Source of the DNA: an uncultured Fibrobacterota bacterium
GTDB lineage: Bacteria; Fibrobacterota; Chitinivibrionia; Chitinivibrionales; FEN-1185
Direction of reading: 5' to 3'
Length of the DNA stretch: 64,000 nucleotides
Assembly (NCBI GenBank): GCA_963753345.1
Contig: CAVWBU010000016.1
Span: 197,150-261,149 of the forward strand
Positions 43,999 through 54,003 of this stretch are shown here, in pieces; position 1 is the first letter of the stretch; each line of letters opens with the position of its first letter. Under the pieces are notes generated by a model. It was not told the DNA's origin and did no database searches. It saw only the letters and a program-made list of their open reading frames with translations. The position numbers and the translations under genes are program-made.

Positions 43999-44162
43999 AG
44001 ATCAAAGGTTCCTTTTTCTTCGGGGACCTACGTGCAAAGTATGAAGAGTGTTGACGAAACTTACTAAAAATAGTCTTTTGATGAGGAGGGCTGGAATGAA
44101 TAAGTAGCATGGCGATTCCAGATTCTGGTGGGGGCACCGCTTCGCGAATTACAGATAAAGCC

Positions 44163-44526
44163 GGGCGTTCCCCTCGCTGCGCTCGGGTCGGCCGTCCTTC
44201 CGGTCTCGGCCTTCGGCCTCGGGCTGCCTGCCACGAGGGCCCTGCGGGCCGTGGTCAGGCAGCACCGCGCTTCAGCGCGGCCTCCAGTCCTGCCTAACGC
44301 GCGGCAACCGAAGTCTATTTCGTAAACTACTATTTCTTGCGCCAGCCGGAGTCCCTGCGTGGAATTTTAACCTATCATCAAATCTCCGTGGGTGCCCCCA
44401 ACCGAAGCATGTTTCTCGCAAATAAACTGACTTGGGGGCCACCCAGGAGGGGGAGCGCCCGCCCAACGGGAAGGGCGGAAAGCGCCGGAGGACCGCAGGG
44501 CCGGAGCGAGGGGGAGCCTTCCCCCA
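44163..44526 (+). repeat. Structured intergenic repeat, complete A-linker-B (locus 10)
   Basis: A 44163-44300; B 44388-44526, with a cgccc..gggcg insert and a short gca-loop arm. Confidence 0.92.
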
Positions 44527-44586
44527 CATGAATACTTTTTCAGCTTTGTGTGACTTTCCATCTCCTTCCCGCCTAAATATTATTTT

Positions 44587-45033
44587 TTGATGTCCTTCAG
44601 GTTCAACGCACACTTCCCAAAAAGGACCCATCACTTGCAAACCTTCCCCCCAGTCGAATCCCTTCTTCCCCACCGGCCTCCCGCCATTGTCGTGGATGCC
44701 ATTGTCGCATTTGAAAAGGGAAAAATCAAATGTGCTCGAACGGTGCGGCCAAACGAGCACTACGGCCCGGGCCTCTCGCCCGAAGGCATCGTGGAGTTCT
44801 GCGCGCAGGCAGCCATCCTGTGCGAGGCTATGGAATCGGGCGGCGCCAGGAAACAGGGCGTGCTTGCGGGCATCGACGATTTTGTCTTTTCCGGCAGCGC
44901 AGCTTCGGGCGACAAACTTGAAGCGGAAATAACCGTGAAAACAAAATTCGGCAACCTCGGCCTGTTCGAATGCAGCGCGACGGTGAACGGCGCCCCGTTG
45001 GCCCACGGCTTTATCAAGGCGGCGCAGTCGTGA
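44587..45033 (+). CDS. Hot-dog-fold 3-hydroxyacyl-ACP dehydratase (FabZ/ApeP-like); true start possibly TTG 44635
   Basis: LLPHRPP..VVD, GIVEFCAQA, GVLAGID.F. Confidence 0.8.
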   Translation: MMSFRFNAHFPKRTHHLQTFPPVESLLPHRPPAIVVDAIVAFEKGKIKCARTVRPNEHYGPGLSPEGIVEFCAQAAILCEAMESGGARKQGVLAGIDDFVFSGSAASGDKLEAEITVKTKFGNLGLFECSATVNGAPLAHGFIKAAQS

Positions 45034-46145
45034 CCGTGGCACCACGCAGCGCGGTCGTCATCGAGGAATGCGGCATTCTCTGCGGTCTTGGCTCGCTTGA
45101 CGAAACAGTAACCGACTTGTTCGACGGCGCGAGCGCTATTGTTCCCGGTCCGTGCTTCGGCGTGCCCGTTGCCTACGCGCCGTTCGAAAACATCGCATGG
45201 CGCAGCCTGCGGTCCGCGGCCGAAGCGCTTGGCCCCCGCATAACCGTGTCGGAGCTTGACAAAGACACAACCGTTTTCATTTTCTGCGCGGCAAAAGGCG
45301 ACATCTCCGCGCTCGAGGCGTACTGCGAATCGCGCACGCCGCCCGCCGAATTTCTGCCCCTGCTTTCCTCACAGGCCGCGTTCGCGCACAAGATACTCGG
45401 CGCGCCTGCGGGCAGGACCATCGTGCTCTCCGACGCCTGCGCATCGGGCGCCACGGGCGTCGAGATAGGCAGGGAACTTCTCGTTTCCGGCCGCGCGAAA
45501 GCCGCGGTGGTGTTCGGCTTCGACGGCATTTCGCGCTTCGTTGCCACAGGGTTCCAGTCGCTTTCGGCCCTGTCGCCCTCGGGCGCGCGTCCGTTCGACA
45601 CATCGCGCGACGGCCTCACCATCGGCGACGGCGCGGCCGTCGCCCTGCTGACGTACCGCGAAGCGTTTTCCGGCGACATAACGGTTGCCGGCGCCGGCAG
45701 TTCGAACGACGCCAACCACCGCACCGGGCCGTCGCGCACGGGCGAGGGCCTTTTCCGCGCGGCAAAGGCCGCGCTTGACGATGCGGGAATGTTGCCCGGA
45801 CAGATCGGCGGCGTCAAGTGCCACGGCACCGCGACAAAGTACAACGACGCCATGGAGGCCAAGGCCATAACAAGCCTGTTCGGCGAAGCGATTCCCCCTT
45901 GCTTTTCGATAAAAGGCGCCATCGGCCATACCAGCGGCGCCGGTTCGCTTCTGGAAATCTGCGTCGCCGCCGAATGCCTGCGCCGCAGGCTGGCCCCGCC
46001 CACAGCGGGTTTTTCCACCCTCGGCGTGGACGAGTCCGTGCCCGTGTCCGCGTCGCAGCAGGTGCTTTTGTCAAACACCATGCTCTGCCTGTCGGCCGGG
46101 TTCGGGGGCATCAATGCGGCTGTCGTGCTTTCGGAGGTGCGATGA
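45030..46145 (+). CDS. Beta-ketoacyl-ACP synthase (FabB/F-like)
   Basis: SDACASG, RPFD..RDG...GDGA, HGTAT..ND, KGAIGHT, GFGG.N. Confidence 0.9.
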   Translation: MTVAPRSAVVIEECGILCGLGSLDETVTDLFDGASAIVPGPCFGVPVAYAPFENIAWRSLRSAAEALGPRITVSELDKDTTVFIFCAAKGDISALEAYCESRTPPAEFLPLLSSQAAFAHKILGAPAGRTIVLSDACASGATGVEIGRELLVSGRAKAAVVFGFDGISRFVATGFQSLSALSPSGARPFDTSRDGLTIGDGAAVALLTYREAFSGDITVAGAGSSNDANHRTGPSRTGEGLFRAAKAALDDAGMLPGQIGGVKCHGTATKYNDAMEAKAITSLFGEAIPPCFSIKGAIGHTSGAGSLLEICVAAECLRRRLAPPTAGFSTLGVDESVPVSASQQVLLSNTMLCLSAGFGGINAAVVLSEVR

Positions 46146-46921
46146 GCGGGCGCATATTCATCGAATCGTTTTCTTCCCTTACGGCAGAGGGAATTACCGG
46201 ACCCTCCGGCATGCGCGGCTGGGACAGCGGGCAGAAAGGCCCGCAGGACGTGCGGCGCGACCAGGTTCTCAACAAGCCGTATGTCAATTTCGGCAAACTC
46301 ATGCTTCCGGACAAGCTTGCCTTTAGCGCGGCATCGGCGGTCCTTTCGAATTGCGAACCGGCAAACCCGGAAACAACCGCAATAACGCTCGGCATCTGCG
46401 CGGGTTCGCTCTCCACCGATTTGCGGTACATGGAATCGGTGCTCGCCGGCTTCCCGAGCCCGGCCATCTTCTCGGCAACGCTCCCTTCGTCGGCGATCGC
46501 CGATGTCGCAATCTACTTCGGCATTAAGGGTCCCAACCGCGTTATCGCCGGCAACAGCGGAAGCGGACTTTTGGCCCTCGACCTCGCCTGCACGATTCTC
46601 GCATGCGGCAAGGCGTCGGCCGCGCTCTGGCTCTGCGTGAACGCCGTGGAGCCGCAGGACGCTGGCATTCCCCTGCTTGACGAATCGGTTACAGCGGCGT
46701 GCAGCGCGTATGCGCTGCTCCTTGCCTGCCGCCGCCTGCCCGGCGACCTGGGCATCGGCCTCACGGCGTCGTTCGCTCAGGCCGCCGACAAAGGTGCGGC
46801 GTCCCGCGACGAAGTATATTTTACGCAATTATTCGGACTCCTGCACGAGCGGAAAAGCGGCACGGTGCACGCAGTCTCGGGCGACACGGCCGCGACGCTG
46901 TCGCTTGCAAAGGAAGCATGA
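46142..46921 (+). CDS. Ketosynthase chain-length-factor-like protein
   Basis: FGKL...DKLAF, D..Y, PSPAIFSATLPS...I...IKGPN; no ACAS-type catalytic motif. Confidence 0.78.
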   Translation: MSGRIFIESFSSLTAEGITGPSGMRGWDSGQKGPQDVRRDQVLNKPYVNFGKLMLPDKLAFSAASAVLSNCEPANPETTAITLGICAGSLSTDLRYMESVLAGFPSPAIFSATLPSSAIADVAIYFGIKGPNRVIAGNSGSGLLALDLACTILACGKASAALWLCVNAVEPQDAGIPLLDESVTAACSAYALLLACRRLPGDLGIGLTASFAQAADKGAASRDEVYFTQLFGLLHERKSGTVHAVSGDTAATLSLAKEA

Positions 46922-47181
46922 TGGAACAGCTCATCGACACGCTCCGGAGGCAGATCGTCGCCACGCTGAAACTGTCCGACGTCAAGCCGGAGGACATCGA
47001 CCCTGACGCGCCGCTCATCGGCGCAGGCCTCGGCCTCGATTCCATCGACTCGCTCGAGCTGCTCGTGCTCCTCGAAAAGGAATACGGCGTGACGGTCCCC
47101 GACGTAAACGTGGGCAGGCAGGTGTTCGCATCGGTGCGTTCGCTCGCCTCCTACATAGAGCAACACCGTAGCAAAGGATAG
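46918..47181 (+). CDS. Acyl carrier protein
   Basis: PEDID.DAPL.G.GLGLDSIDSLEL (phosphopantetheine Ser). Confidence 0.92.
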   Translation: MMEQLIDTLRRQIVATLKLSDVKPEDIDPDAPLIGAGLGLDSIDSLELLVLLEKEYGVTVPDVNVGRQVFASVRSLASYIEQHRSKG

Positions 47182-47212
47182 TTTTCCCCTGGCTTCGCTC
47201 CCCCTTATCGGC

Positions 47213-48364
47213 ATGGGCGCGGTCTGCGCCGCGGGAACGGGCGTCGCTGCCGTACGCGACGCCGTATACGAAGGCAGGGACGGTCTTTCCCCTTTGTCTA
47301 TTTTCGAAAGCGGGCTTAAGGCTCCGCCGCTCTGCGGCCAGGTGACTCGCCTGCGCGACGAATTCGGCTCGCCCAACAGGACCATTGCGCTGGCCTGCGT
47401 TGCCGCCCGTGAAGCGCTCGCCCCGGTTGCCGACCCTGGCGGCATGCGCATAGGCCTCGTGTTCGCCACTACGGTTGCGGGAATCACCAGATCGGAACTA
47501 TTCTACAAAGCCCTGCGCGCCGACGCTTCGGCCGCGGCGAAAGCCGCGGAGGAACTCGCCTTCCACGAACCGTGCGCCGCGGCCGGCTTTCTGTGCCGCG
47601 CGTTCGGGCTTGCGGGCTTTTTTACTCTGTCAACCGCCTGCTCCACCGGGCTCCATGCCGTGGGAATGGCGAAACGCCTTGTTGAGGCCGGCGAATTCGA
47701 CGCGTGCCTCGCGGTGGGCGCGGACGCGCTCTCGCTTCTCACCATCCGCGGGTTCTCCAGCCTCATGCTTATCGACCCCAAGGGCTGCAAGCCGTTCGAT
47801 CGGCGCCGGGCGGGCACGAGCCTGGGCGAAGGCGCGGGCGCAATGCTTGTCGCATCGGAAGAAACCGCCCGGAAGCTCGGCGCGGCGCCGCTCGCCCGTA
47901 TCGGCGGATGGGGCGCGTCGGCCGACTGCCACCACATGACCGCGCCCCACCCCGAGGGACTCGGCGCGCAGAAGGCCATGGCCGCCGCGCTTGCAGAGGC
48001 TGGCATCGCACCTTCGGACGTGGGCGCCATCGCCACCCATGGGACCGCCACGCCCGACAACGACAAATCGGAAAGCGCGGCAATAAAGGCGCTGTTCGGC
48101 GCAGCGCCGCCATTCTTCTCCGTAAAGAGGACGATGGGGCACACGCTTGCCGCCTCCGGCATTCTCGAGGCGGTGTTTGCCGTGTGCGCCCTGCGCGACG
48201 CCACGGTCCCGCCTACGGCTGGATTCGAGCAGGCCGATCCTGCAATCGGGCTTTCCCCATCCGATCGTCAGCACAGGGAGATGCGGCACATCATAAAGAA
48301 TTCGTTCGGCTTCGGCGGCAACAACGCTTCAGCGGTTTTTTCGTTTGCAGAAGGGGGCCGGTAA
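47213..48364 (+). CDS. Beta-ketoacyl-ACP synthase (FabF-like); start uncertain
   Basis: STACSTG, KPFD.RR.G..LGEGA, HMTAPHPEG, HGTATPDND, KRTMGHT, NSFGFGGNN. Confidence 0.9.
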   Translation: MGAVCAAGTGVAAVRDAVYEGRDGLSPLSIFESGLKAPPLCGQVTRLRDEFGSPNRTIALACVAAREALAPVADPGGMRIGLVFATTVAGITRSELFYKALRADASAAAKAAEELAFHEPCAAAGFLCRAFGLAGFFTLSTACSTGLHAVGMAKRLVEAGEFDACLAVGADALSLLTIRGFSSLMLIDPKGCKPFDRRRAGTSLGEGAGAMLVASEETARKLGAAPLARIGGWGASADCHHMTAPHPEGLGAQKAMAAALAEAGIAPSDVGAIATHGTATPDNDKSESAAIKALFGAAPPFFSVKRTMGHTLAASGILEAVFAVCALRDATVPPTAGFEQADPAIGLSPSDRQHREMRHIIKNSFGFGGNNASAVFSFAEGGR

Positions 48365-49164
48365 TGATGGCCCCTCTTTTCATTTGCGGTTTCGGAGCGG
48401 CAATCCCGTCGGTCGACGCACAATGGCAGGCGGCAATCCCGGCAAACCTGAAGCGCCGGAGCCCGCGCATCTGGCTCATGGCATACGTTGCCGCGGCCCG
48501 GCTGCTTGCAACCACCGGCGAAAAACCGCGCTCGCTGGTGACGGGGACCGCGCTCGGCGCTCTTGACGAAACAAGAAACTTCCTCGACGGCATATTCAAG
48601 GACGGGTTCGGCTCGCCCACAAGTTTTATCGCCTCGGTGCACAACAGCATGGCCGGCAAACTTGCTCTCGATTTTGCCATAGACGGCCCCAACCTCACAT
48701 TGTGCGACGGCCAGAACTCCCTTGCATCGGCGATCGCTTCGGCCGCGCTCCTGCCAGCGGATGCGTTCCCGTGCCTCGTGGTCGCTGTTGACGAAAGCAT
48801 ACCGCTTTTCCGCGATCTTATTCCGCATCTGTCTCCCGGTTGCAGAAAGGGGCTTGCCGCAGCATCGGAAGAAGGCGCGGTTGCCCTGCTCCTTTCGAAA
48901 ACGCTCGTCCCCGGCGCGGCAACGGTGCGCGCCGCCATGCCGTCTCCTGTCGGTGCCCGGAACCCGCAGGATTGCGCCGCCGCGCTTGCAAAATCCTTCG
49001 GCCCGGGCCATGCCGGAGTGAGGCCGGTTGATTCGTGCACATCCTTTCTGAGCGCCGCGATTCAGGTGCACGCGGCACTACTGTCGGGGCGTCCGGGAAA
49101 GCATATCATGCTTTCTCATTCACCTTCGTCAATGGCCTGTGCGGCCATCGAGGTTGTCCTATGA
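48364..49164 (+). CDS. Ketosynthase chain-length-factor-like protein
   Basis: LKRRSPR, GTALG....T..FL, SPTSFIASVHNSMAG.LA. Confidence 0.78.
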   Translation: MMAPLFICGFGAAIPSVDAQWQAAIPANLKRRSPRIWLMAYVAAARLLATTGEKPRSLVTGTALGALDETRNFLDGIFKDGFGSPTSFIASVHNSMAGKLALDFAIDGPNLTLCDGQNSLASAIASAALLPADAFPCLVVAVDESIPLFRDLIPHLSPGCRKGLAAASEEGAVALLLSKTLVPGAATVRAAMPSPVGARNPQDCAAALAKSFGPGHAGVRPVDSCTSFLSAAIQVHAALLSGRPGKHIMLSHSPSSMACAAIEVVL

Positions 49165-49955
49165 ACCCCTTGCTTTTCTGGTTCGCGTCGTTTGCCGGTC
49201 TTGCCGCCGCTTTCGTGCTCCTGCCCGAGGTGCGGCTCATCACCGCGATTCTTGCGGTTCCGTACGTCGCCGTGTTTATCTGGGGAATCGTGGACCTGCG
49301 CAGCAGTTTCTTCGTGCGAGCATATATCCGCAACAAATGGGAACCATCGAACGTGGGACTCACGTTCGATGACGGGCCTGACGAAAATCTCACGGCCGAC
49401 ATACTCGACCTCTGTAAACGGTTTGGGTTCTGCGCCACGTTCTTTGTCGTGGGCAACCGTGCGCAGGCGCACCCGCAGCTTGTCAAGCGCATGATCGCCG
49501 AAGGACACGTGGTGGCGTGCCACGACCTCAGCCACTCGCTGTCGTCGAATTTCCGTTTTGCCAATGCAATGATCCGCGACATCGGCGCGGCCCAGGCGAT
49601 TGTCGCAGGCATCGTCGGCGCCAGGCCGCTCTTGTACCGTCCTCCCGTGGGGCTTGCAAACCCGCACCTCGGAAGCGCGCTCGCCGCACTCAAAATGAAA
49701 TGCATCGGCTGGAACAGGAGCGCGCGTGAGGCCGGCAACAGGCGCATCAGCAGCATCCGGCGGATTTCCGGCCTCAGGGTGAGGGGCGGCGACGTGCTGC
49801 TGCTGCACGACTGCCTTCCGGTCCCTGATTACAAAACGGAAATCCTGGCGCAGCTTGAGTCTTTGTTTTCGAGAATACGGGACGCAAAGCTCGTCCCCGT
49901 TGGAATAAACGACCTTTTCGAGATCACCGCCTACAAGGTTGACAATGCGCAATAA
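49161..49955 (+). CDS. Polysaccharide deacetylase (CE4/NodB) with N-terminal TM segments
   Basis: LTFDDGP, ATFFVVG, H(D)LSH, YRPPVG, LLLHD. Confidence 0.9.
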   Translation: MNPLLFWFASFAGLAAAFVLLPEVRLITAILAVPYVAVFIWGIVDLRSSFFVRAYIRNKWEPSNVGLTFDDGPDENLTADILDLCKRFGFCATFFVVGNRAQAHPQLVKRMIAEGHVVACHDLSHSLSSNFRFANAMIRDIGAAQAIVAGIVGARPLLYRPPVGLANPHLGSALAALKMKCIGWNRSAREAGNRRISSIRRISGLRVRGGDVLLLHDCLPVPDYKTEILAQLESLFSRIRDAKLVPVGINDLFEITAYKVDNAQ

Positions 49956-50340
49956 TCTATCGACCGATCCGGGCTTGCGGCAGGCCTTGACAACCGCTCT
50001 GTCTGACCTGATCGTGTCACCTGACAAGCGCTCCATCAACGCGGCATTTCTTCTTCCGGCAGACTCCCCTGTTTTCGCGGGCCACTTTCCCGGCATGCCG
50101 GTGATCCCGGCCGTGTATCAGGTGGCGCTATGTACAGAGGCTGTCAGGCGCATAGGGTCGTACGAGTTGAAAGGAATTTCCAAATCGCGGTTTTCGAAGA
50201 TGTGCATACCGTCGATCAACTACGATTTAAAAATATCGCTTGCGGAAAAGGGAGCAGAGGTTGAAGCGACGTGCTTGATTCACGAGGCGAACAAGAAGGC
50301 GTTGTGTTCGAAGATTGTTTTGATATTTAGGAAGAAGTGA
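49945..50340 (+). CDS. Hot-dog-fold dehydratase (ApeI/FabZ-like)
   Basis: VFAGHFPG.PVIPAV motif. Confidence 0.8.
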   Translation: MRNNLSTDPGLRQALTTALSDLIVSPDKRSINAAFLLPADSPVFAGHFPGMPVIPAVYQVALCTEAVRRIGSYELKGISKSRFSKMCIPSINYDLKISLAEKGAEVEATCLIHEANKKALCSKIVLIFRKK

Positions 50341-50346
50341 TAGGTT

Positions 50347-50732
50347 TGGGCGTTCCCCTCGCTCCACTCGGGTCGGTTTTATTTGAGACAAGATAGGAGT
50401 TGGGCGCCCCGCCGCTTCGCGGCGGCGGTCCTCCTTTCAGGCTCGGCCTTCGGCCTCGTTGCCGCCTGTCCCAACCGCCTTCGGCTAGGGATCAGGCGGC
50501 AATGCGCTCCAGCGCACCTTCCAGTCCGACCTGGCGCGCGGCAACGATAATTTATTCTGTCAATTAGTCTTTCTTGCGCCATCCCAGCATTCAACTTTCA
50601 ACTCGCAACTTTCAACTCTCTTTCTCGGTGCCCCCGCAGCAATGTGTGGTCTCGAATCTGCTTTATCAAGGGGGCTACCCAGGAGGGGGTGACGGAGGAC
50701 CGCAGGGCCGCAGGCAGGGGGATACTTCCCCC
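50347..50732 (+). repeat. Structured intergenic repeat: extra A 5' fragment plus complete A-linker-B (locus 11)
   Basis: Fragment tgggcgttcccctcgctccactcgggtcgg at 50347-50376; A 50401-50537; B 50627-50732; lies between convergent genes. Confidence 0.9.
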
Positions 50733-50743
50733 ACAAGAAGACT

Positions 50744-52357
50744 CTATTCTTTTATCACTTTCGGGCGTGTGTACTTTCTTATCAGAAACAATCCCACTGC
50801 CATTAAAACAATAAATACCGACAATAGCACCGGCCAATCACCAACCTTAGTGTACAATGTAGGAATCCGATACACGCTCAGGCCTCCCGACAGACATGTG
50901 CGCGTGTAAATATCGGTCTTCTTTGTAATCCTGCCATATTGATCGACGAACATGGTAATTCCCGTGTTGGCGGCCCTCGCGAGCGGCACGCCGTTTTCTA
51001 TGGTCCTCAGGCGCGCCATGGTCGCGTGCTGGAACGCGCCCGAGCTCCTGCCGAACCAGCCGTCGTTCGTGATGTTGACAAGAAGGTTTGCGCCGCGGAC
51101 CACGCGCTCGCGCACCGAGCCCGGGTAGATTATCTCGTAGCAGATGAACGGCGCGGCCCTCACCGTTTTCCCCATTGCAAACACCACCGGGTCCCTGCCC
51201 GCCTTGAAATCGGCCTGTCCGAGGTTCACGCGGCTCAGGATGGGAAACACGCCCGTGAACGGCAGCGTCTCTGAAAACGGAACAAGGTTCATTTTGCAGT
51301 ACGGCGAGAACTTCTGCGTGACCGGATCGAGAAAGAACGCCGTGTTGTACACGAAATAATCGCGGCCGTTGTTGCGCGGCGCAGGGTCCCAGTGGAGCGC
51401 GCCCACAATCATGGGAACGCGAATAATATTGAGCCATCCAATCACCCGCTCGACAAGCTGGGGTCGCCGGAGCAGATAACACAACAGCGCGCTTTCGGGC
51501 GTGATCACGAGGTCCGGTTTGGCAAGCGCTGCCTCCTTGAGGAGCGATTCCATGACGGCAAACGACGTGTCAAGCGACGTGTTGGTCCAGTGGTTCTGGT
51601 CGATATTCCCCTGGAGCAGGGCGATCTTCACGGGATTGACATCAGGCGAAGGCCCCTGCTTCATGCGGAAGTATCCCCACACCGAAACTGCCGCGAGCAC
51701 GATCGCAAACACCGGCAAGCCGAGGCGGACGGCGCCTTTCCGCTTGAGACTGCTCAGGAATTTCCACGCGAGCATGTTGCCGAGAATCACGGCAAAGGTG
51801 AGGCCGAACACGCCGGTTATCGAGGCAACCTGTGCCAGCGGCAGCAGCGGCGCGAGCGCATAGCCCGCGAAGTTCCACGGAAACGAAATTTCCCCGAGCG
51901 TTCGCTGATAATCCAGCAGGACCCAGATCGACGGAAAAATGATTACGGCAAGACTGGGAAATTTCTTTATGGTAAACCTGAACAGCATTCCGAGCAAAAG
52001 GTAATACAGGCCTTCGTACAGACAAATGATCAGCACGCCGATCACCACAAGGTGCCACAGGCCTTCCGGGACCACGAACGCGATCCAGTAGAACTGGCAC
52101 CCGCACGCCACGAACCCAAAGAGATAGCTGCGCCACGCCGCGCTTGAGCGCTTCGGCGCCAGGCTCACCAGAAACAGAGGCAGGCAGGCGAAGAAGCTTA
52201 ACAAGGGGAAAAACGTGAAAACAGGATGCAAAAGACCGTTGAACGGCGGCATGGCCAGCGCGTAGAACACGCCGCCTAAGCTGGCGATCCAGAGACCGTG
52301 CTTAGAAGCAGAAATATTTGTAAACCGGGAGAGAATAGAGCTTGTTGATGAGAGCAC
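50744..52357 (-). CDS. lnt: Apolipoprotein N-acyltransferase; start approximate
   Basis: FPWN..GY, QGNI, PESA, K.NLVPFSE, ICYE, NITNDGWFG.S.G..QH, RAANTG. Confidence 0.93.
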   Translation of the reverse strand: MLSSTSSILSRFTNISASKHGLWIASLGGVFYALAMPPFNGLLHPVFTFFPLLSFFACLPLFLVSLAPKRSSAAWRSYLFGFVACGCQFYWIAFVVPEGLWHLVVIGVLIICLYEGLYYLLLGMLFRFTIKKFPSLAVIIFPSIWVLLDYQRTLGEISFPWNFAGYALAPLLPLAQVASITGVFGLTFAVILGNMLAWKFLSSLKRKGAVRLGLPVFAIVLAAVSVWGYFRMKQGPSPDVNPVKIALLQGNIDQNHWTNTSLDTSFAVMESLLKEAALAKPDLVITPESALLCYLLRRPQLVERVIGWLNIIRVPMIVGALHWDPAPRNNGRDYFVYNTAFFLDPVTQKFSPYCKMNLVPFSETLPFTGVFPILSRVNLGQADFKAGRDPVVFAMGKTVRAAPFICYEIIYPGSVRERVVRGANLLVNITNDGWFGRSSGAFQHATMARLRTIENGVPLARAANTGITMFVDQYGRITKKTDIYTRTCLSGGLSVYRIPTLYTKVGDWPVLLSVFIVLMAVGLFLIRKYTRPKVIKE

Positions 52358-52614
52358 GGGAAGATTCCACCTTGGGAGGAGGGGGTTATTATCATTGATG
52401 AATAATAGATAAAATAAGTTGTGGGAACAGAATGATTGGCCGGGGAAATATCGAAAGGGGCATGGAGCGACCATTGCCGGAATATATGAAATGTAAAAGT
52501 CTAGTTTGATCTTTGCGCAATATGGTGGTATATTCCCGGCATGATCAGACGCGCCGTTTCCAGGCGGCTCCATAGCGCGGCGCGTCGTTTTCTCCACCGA
52601 CGGGATAGATCATA

Positions 52615-53748
52615 ATGAAAGCAGCCCTACTCGAGGACGTTCGAAAACTTACCGTGAGGAGCATTCCCGACCCCAAACCTTCGGAACGTGAAGTTGTGAT
52701 CGGCGTAAAGGCCGTTGGGGTGTGCGGCACGGACTGTCATATCTACCAAGGTCACGGCAACTGGAACTTCGACAGCCGGGGCCGCGCAATTCCTCTCACC
52801 GAGAAACCGCAAATTCTGGGTCACGAATTTAGCGGCGAAGTTCTGGGCGTCGGGTGTGAAGTGAAAGACCTGGCGCCCCGCGACCATGTATTGTGCGACC
52901 AGGGCATAAACTGTGTGAGCCGCGGACGCCCGCTATGCGAGTATTGCAGGTCCGGAGATTCCCACCAGTGCCTTTACTACGGCGAACACGGTGTCACCGG
53001 TCTTCCGGGCGCCATGGCCGAGTACATCGCCATGCCGGCGGTCAACTGTATTAAGATGCCCGACGGCATGTCCTTCGAACAGGCGTCCCTCGTCGAGCCG
53101 CTCGGGTGCGTGGTCCATTCCTGCGACCGGGTGGACCGTGCCTCCGGCCGATTTACGTTTTCGGGTCCGCGGCGCATTCGCCGTACCCTTGTTTGCGGTG
53201 CCGGCCCCGCAGGACTGTTTTTTCTCCAGTACCTGCGCCGCGTGAAGGGGTTTGACGGCACAATTCTTGTTTCGGACGTTCGGAAGAAAAACCTCGGATT
53301 GGTCAAACACTTCGGAGGAACGCCGGTCAACGCGGCGCAGGAGAACCTTGCCGAGTCGGTGATGGAGTTGACAGGAGGGGAACGGATCGATTACTTTGTC
53401 GATGCATGCGGCAGCGCGGATGTTTTCGATTATGCGGCCGGCCTGCTGCGCAAACAAGGTACCTTCCTCCACTACGGAGCCGGCCACAAGGGCCGTGATT
53501 TGAGCGCTATGAATCCACTGCTGTTTCTGGAACCGACGCTGGTAACCTCGGTAGGCGCATCGGGCGGTTTCGACCCGGACGGACGCCCCTCGACCTACCG
53601 TCGCGCGCTGGAGCTGCTGAGCAGCGGCACGATTGAGGTCCTGCCGCTCATCACGCACCGCTACGGCTCGCTGGAGGAAATTCATACCGCATTCGATACG
53701 GACTTTGGACGGGAGGATTACATTAAGGGTGAGCTGAACCTGAGCTGA
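52615..53748 (+). CDS. Zinc-dependent medium-chain alcohol/polyol dehydrogenase
   Basis: GVCGTD.H, GHEFSG, C..C..C..C structural Zn site, EPL, GAGPAG. Confidence 0.9.
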   Translation: MKAALLEDVRKLTVRSIPDPKPSEREVVIGVKAVGVCGTDCHIYQGHGNWNFDSRGRAIPLTEKPQILGHEFSGEVLGVGCEVKDLAPRDHVLCDQGINCVSRGRPLCEYCRSGDSHQCLYYGEHGVTGLPGAMAEYIAMPAVNCIKMPDGMSFEQASLVEPLGCVVHSCDRVDRASGRFTFSGPRRIRRTLVCGAGPAGLFFLQYLRRVKGFDGTILVSDVRKKNLGLVKHFGGTPVNAAQENLAESVMELTGGERIDYFVDACGSADVFDYAAGLLRKQGTFLHYGAGHKGRDLSAMNPLLFLEPTLVTSVGASGGFDPDGRPSTYRRALELLSSGTIEVLPLITHRYGSLEEIHTAFDTDFGREDYIKGELNLS

Positions 53749-54003
53749 TCTGACCTCGGATCGAATTCCGTCTTGTGAAGAGAGCGATAGGGATATGTAG
53801 TGAACTATGTATACGGATTAAAACAGGTTGTTGATGAGAATTATCATCTTCCAATTAACCACAATATGGAGAGCCTCCCGTTGAAAGCCTCCCCGGAGGG
53901 AGGTTTGGTGGGGCGATATAATAAGCATTTTCCCAACGGGATCTAAAGGGCGGAGCCCTTTCCATATCTTGGTCTTTATTTTGATTTTATTTTTGAATTC
54001 TCT

